From a candidate division WOR-3 bacterium (GTDB taxonomy: Bacteria > Hydrothermota > Tepidihabitantia > Tepidihabitantales > Tepidihabitantaceae), in the NCBI GenBank assembly GCA_037441285.1, contig JBBISL010000001.1, forward strand, positions 1 to 64,000: 64,000 nucleotides of DNA, read 5' to 3'. The position numbers and the translations under genes were made by a program. Position 1 is the stretch's first letter, and every line of letters begins with the position of its first letter. The notes beneath the pieces are model-generated. The model worked only from the letters and a program-made list of their open reading frames with translations. It was not told the origin of the DNA and searched no databases. Shown here piece by piece: positions 61,079 to 64,000 of this stretch.

Positions 61079-63397
61079 GTGGACCGAGAAACCTTAGAAG
61101 CGCTCGACTTCCCTCGCATTCGGGAAATACTTGTCGATTTCTGTTCAACCGAACTGGGCAAGGAAAAGGCGCGTCAGTTTGGACCTTTTCTGAATTTAAG
61201 TTCAGTTCAAACAAAGCTCGACCAATTGGAAGAAATCATAAAATTTGATGGCGAGCCATCGTTGAGCGGAGTCCATGACATCCGGGTTATCATCAACCAG
61301 ACAGAGGCGGGTGCAATGCTGGGTACCGAAGAGTTGCTGAAGGTGGGCGCAACCTGCCGGGGCTTTGCTGAATGTCAGGAGTTTTTTAAGGCAAATAAGG
61401 AGCATATCTCTCATCTCAAGCCCATAGCCGATGGAATCGTTGCTATCCCCAAACTGCAGCGGGCGATTGAGAAGGCAATTGATAACTCCGGCGCAGTGCG
61501 CGATACGGCAAGTCCCAAGTTGCAAGAGTTGCGAGACGAATTGCGGATGCGACGGAATCTACTGGTAGACCGTCTGGAGCGGATAATTGAAGACAATCCC
61601 GATTGGTTTGAAGGTCCAGTGATGGTGCGACGCGAACGGTTTGTCGTTCCAGTTAAACTCGAATACCGTAACCAGGTGCCGGGTGTAGTACATGGGGTAT
61701 CGGCAAGTGGTCAAACCGTCTTTATCGAGCCGATGGCGTCCATTTTAGAACAAAACCGATTGCAGGAGTTGCGCGATGCGGAAGCCGAGGAAGTGAACCG
61801 GATCTGTCGCGAATTATCGTCCCTGGTAGCTCATTACTACAATGAGCTTAGCACCGGAATCGAGATGGTGTCCGAACTCGATTTTCTTCTGGCAAAACGG
61901 CGATTTGCGAGAAAGTTTGAATGTAGCCGGCCCGTAATTAACGGTGACAGAACCGTAGCGCTCGTTCGAGCCCGCCATCCTTTACTTCTTTTGCACAAAA
62001 ATGATGTGATGCCGCTTGATTTTCAATTGCCCGATAACACCAATGTCGTGGTAATTTCTGGACCCAATGCGGGCGGTAAGACGGTGGTACTGAAAACCCT
62101 GGGAATTTGTGCATTGTTGTTAAAATCCGGGATGTTTATCCCGGCTGCTATCGGAAGCAAAATGCCGTGGTGGGAACAGGTGTTTGCCGATATCGGTGAC
62201 GAGCAATCTTTAGAGGCAGACCGGTCTTCGTTCACCGCTCATCTTTTGCGGCTGAAGGAAATTCTTGCCTATGCCCGGGCAAGTAGTCTGGTGTTGATTG
62301 ATGAAATCGGTGCCGCCACCGCACCAGAAGAAGGAACCGCATTGGCAATTGCAGTACTGGAGGAGTTGCGAGAAAGAGGGGTAATAACGGTTGCAACAAC
62401 CCACTTCAACAATTTGAAGATATTTGTGCAAAATGAACCGGGGATGAGCAATGCGGCAATGGAGTTTCGTAACGGTCCGACCTACCGGCTGATTATGGGG
62501 ATTCCCGGTGAATCAAGCGCGTTTGAGATTGCCGAGCAGCTTGGTTTGCCATCTCAGCTGTTAGAACGGGCGCGAAAGTTTGTCGGCAAGGAGTGGCTCA
62601 ACTTAAACTTAAAATTAAGAGCAGTGGAAGAAGAGTTGCGTAAACTAAAAGAAGAAAGACAACAAATAGCGGTGGAAAAGAAAAAAGCAGATGAATTAAT
62701 TGCTGCCTACCAGGAACGCCAAGCCCAGTTTGAGAAGTGGCGACAGCAAGAGGAACGGCGTGTCCGCGACGAGCACGAGCGGTTGTTAAAAGAGACCCGG
62801 CGCCAGGTGGAAAACCTGGTACGGGAGTTACGAGAACGAAATGCGGACCGGCAGAGTGTTGTTAAAGCGAAACAGTTTATTGAAGAAAATCTCGGCCGGT
62901 TGAAAAGTGAGCTGCCGCTTGAGAAACCGACAGAAATCCCTTCCCCGGTTTCTTTTGCGATTGGTGACCTGGTGGAGTCAAAGGTATTTCGACGGCGCGG
63001 CCGTGTGCTGGAGGTAAAGGGAAAAGATATTTTGGTTGCCTTTGGTCAAATTAAGATGACGGTAGGTGCGGACACGCTGACTCGTTTAGAATCAAAATTA
63101 CCTGAAGCCCAAATTGAACCGGGGAACGAATTTGAATTTGTGCCCCGGCTCAACATTCGGGGAATGACCACAGAAGAAGCCCAGATTGCTCTCAACCAGT
63201 TTCTTGCTGAGGCGGAAGCCGCGGGCGTAAAAGAATTGTCGATTCTCCACGGCAAGGGTACCGGTACTTTGCGTCGGATGTTGTGGCACCGACTGCGTAA
63301 AGACCAACGAGTGTGTGAAGTGAGATTTGCTGAACCAGCCGAAGGCGGCATGGGTGTAACCCTGGTCAAATTGCGAGGCGAAGATGATCAAGCCTGA
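61079..63397 (+). CDS. mutS2: Endonuclease MutS2
   Basis: ARHPLL, SGPNAGGKT, DIGDEQS, TTH, C-terminal Smr HGKGTG.LR. Confidence 0.94.
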   Translation: MDRETLEALDFPRIREILVDFCSTELGKEKARQFGPFLNLSSVQTKLDQLEEIIKFDGEPSLSGVHDIRVIINQTEAGAMLGTEELLKVGATCRGFAECQEFFKANKEHISHLKPIADGIVAIPKLQRAIEKAIDNSGAVRDTASPKLQELRDELRMRRNLLVDRLERIIEDNPDWFEGPVMVRRERFVVPVKLEYRNQVPGVVHGVSASGQTVFIEPMASILEQNRLQELRDAEAEEVNRICRELSSLVAHYYNELSTGIEMVSELDFLLAKRRFARKFECSRPVINGDRTVALVRARHPLLLLHKNDVMPLDFQLPDNTNVVVISGPNAGGKTVVLKTLGICALLLKSGMFIPAAIGSKMPWWEQVFADIGDEQSLEADRSSFTAHLLRLKEILAYARASSLVLIDEIGAATAPEEGTALAIAVLEELRERGVITVATTHFNNLKIFVQNEPGMSNAAMEFRNGPTYRLIMGIPGESSAFEIAEQLGLPSQLLERARKFVGKEWLNLNLKLRAVEEELRKLKEERQQIAVEKKKADELIAAYQERQAQFEKWRQQEERRVRDEHERLLKETRRQVENLVRELRERNADRQSVVKAKQFIEENLGRLKSELPLEKPTEIPSPVSFAIGDLVESKVFRRRGRVLEVKGKDILVAFGQIKMTVGADTLTRLESKLPEAQIEPGNEFEFVPRLNIRGMTTEEAQIALNQFLAEAEAAGVKELSILHGKGTGTLRRMLWHRLRKDQRVCEVRFAEPAEGGMGVTLVKLRGEDDQA

Positions 63398-64000
63398 GAT
63401 AATTGACCGAATTCGCCAGGAGACCGATATCGTCGAGCTGGTCGGGAGTTATGTATCTTTGAAGAAGGTGGGCCGAAATTATCGCGGGCTGTGTCCATTT
63501 CATGCCGAACGGTCACCATCGTTCTATGTCAGTCCCGAGCGCCAGTCGTACCACTGCTTTGGCTGTGGTGCTGGGGGGACAGCGATAACTTTTGTGATGG
63601 CATATGAGAAACTGGAATTCCCTGAGGCGGTAAAGTTTCTAGCCAAACGGTTGGGAATAACAGTGGAGGAGGAGCGAGGAAATGAAAACCGCCAGACACT
63701 TTACGACATCTGCGAACGGGTGACACGATTTTTCGAAGATAACCTTGCGAAGTCCAGCGAAGCCCAGGCTTACATTGAGAAGCGGGGTTTGAGCAATCCA
63801 ACCGTAAAGCGTTTTCGGCTGGGATTTGCTCCCGGCGGGAATGTGTTAAGAGGAGCGGCACGGCGTTTAGGCGTTACTGAAGAACGTTTGTTGCAGGCGG
63901 GATTGGTTGTTAAAAAAGATGATGGGTACATCGATTATTTCCGTGAGCGAATTATCTTCCCCATTTTTTCTATATCAGGAAAGGTCATCGGTTTTGGCGG
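63384..64000 (+). CDS. dnaG: DNA primase (3'-truncated by window edge; absent from the ORF track)
   Basis: ATG 63384: MIKPEIIDRIRQETDIVELVGSYVSLKKVGRNYRGLCPFHAERSPSF...YHCFGCG (CHC2 zinc finger)...DYFRERIIFPI. Confidence 0.95.
   Translation, partial: MIKPEIIDRIRQETDIVELVGSYVSLKKVGRNYRGLCPFHAERSPSFYVSPERQSYHCFGCGAGGTAITFVMAYEKLEFPEAVKFLAKRLGITVEEERGNENRQTLYDICERVTRFFEDNLAKSSEAQAYIEKRGLSNPTVKRFRLGFAPGGNVLRGAARRLGVTEERLLQAGLVVKKDDGYIDYFRERIIFPIFSISGKVIGFG

Overview
Gene-dense, core-like chromosomal window from an anaerobic, diderm, peptide-fermenting bacterium. Secreted M14 peptidases with FlgD-Ig/T9SS-like tails, a PorX-like regulator, TolB and Mla suggest an FCB-related lineage such as candidate division WOR-3; this placement is inference. 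Gene content in order: partial hypB, an orphan HerA ATPase, mlaEFD, a 7-gene oxidative-stress operon, tRNA-Leu/tig/clpP/clpX, secreted peptidases, ptsH-ptsI-pgi/pmi-NTP transferase-tgt, tRNA-Ala, an ADP-forming acyl-CoA ligase with a frameshifted CoA-transferase-GNAT, IOR and VOR-type oxidoreductases, an uncharacterised 4-gene membrane operon, and grpE-dnaK-dnaJ-rsmE-rpsU-mutS2-dnaG. I saw no transposase, integrase, prophage or CRISPR array. Five observations stand out. (1) A lone 121-aa gene resembles the SIRV2-type A-DNA-wrapping capsid protein of archaeal filamentous viruses. (2) An approximately 590-nt highly paired non-coding RNA lies behind a sigma54/IHF promoter. (3) An identical ECF-type motif, GAATC-N17-GGTCTAAA, precedes the oxidative-stress, clpPX and grpE-dnaK operons. 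(4) Housekeeping promoters mostly have 16-bp spacers, and several genes look leaderless. (5) A -1 frame break sits exactly on a C_CCT_TTG heptamer. All calls are by eye; no searches or folding programs were run.
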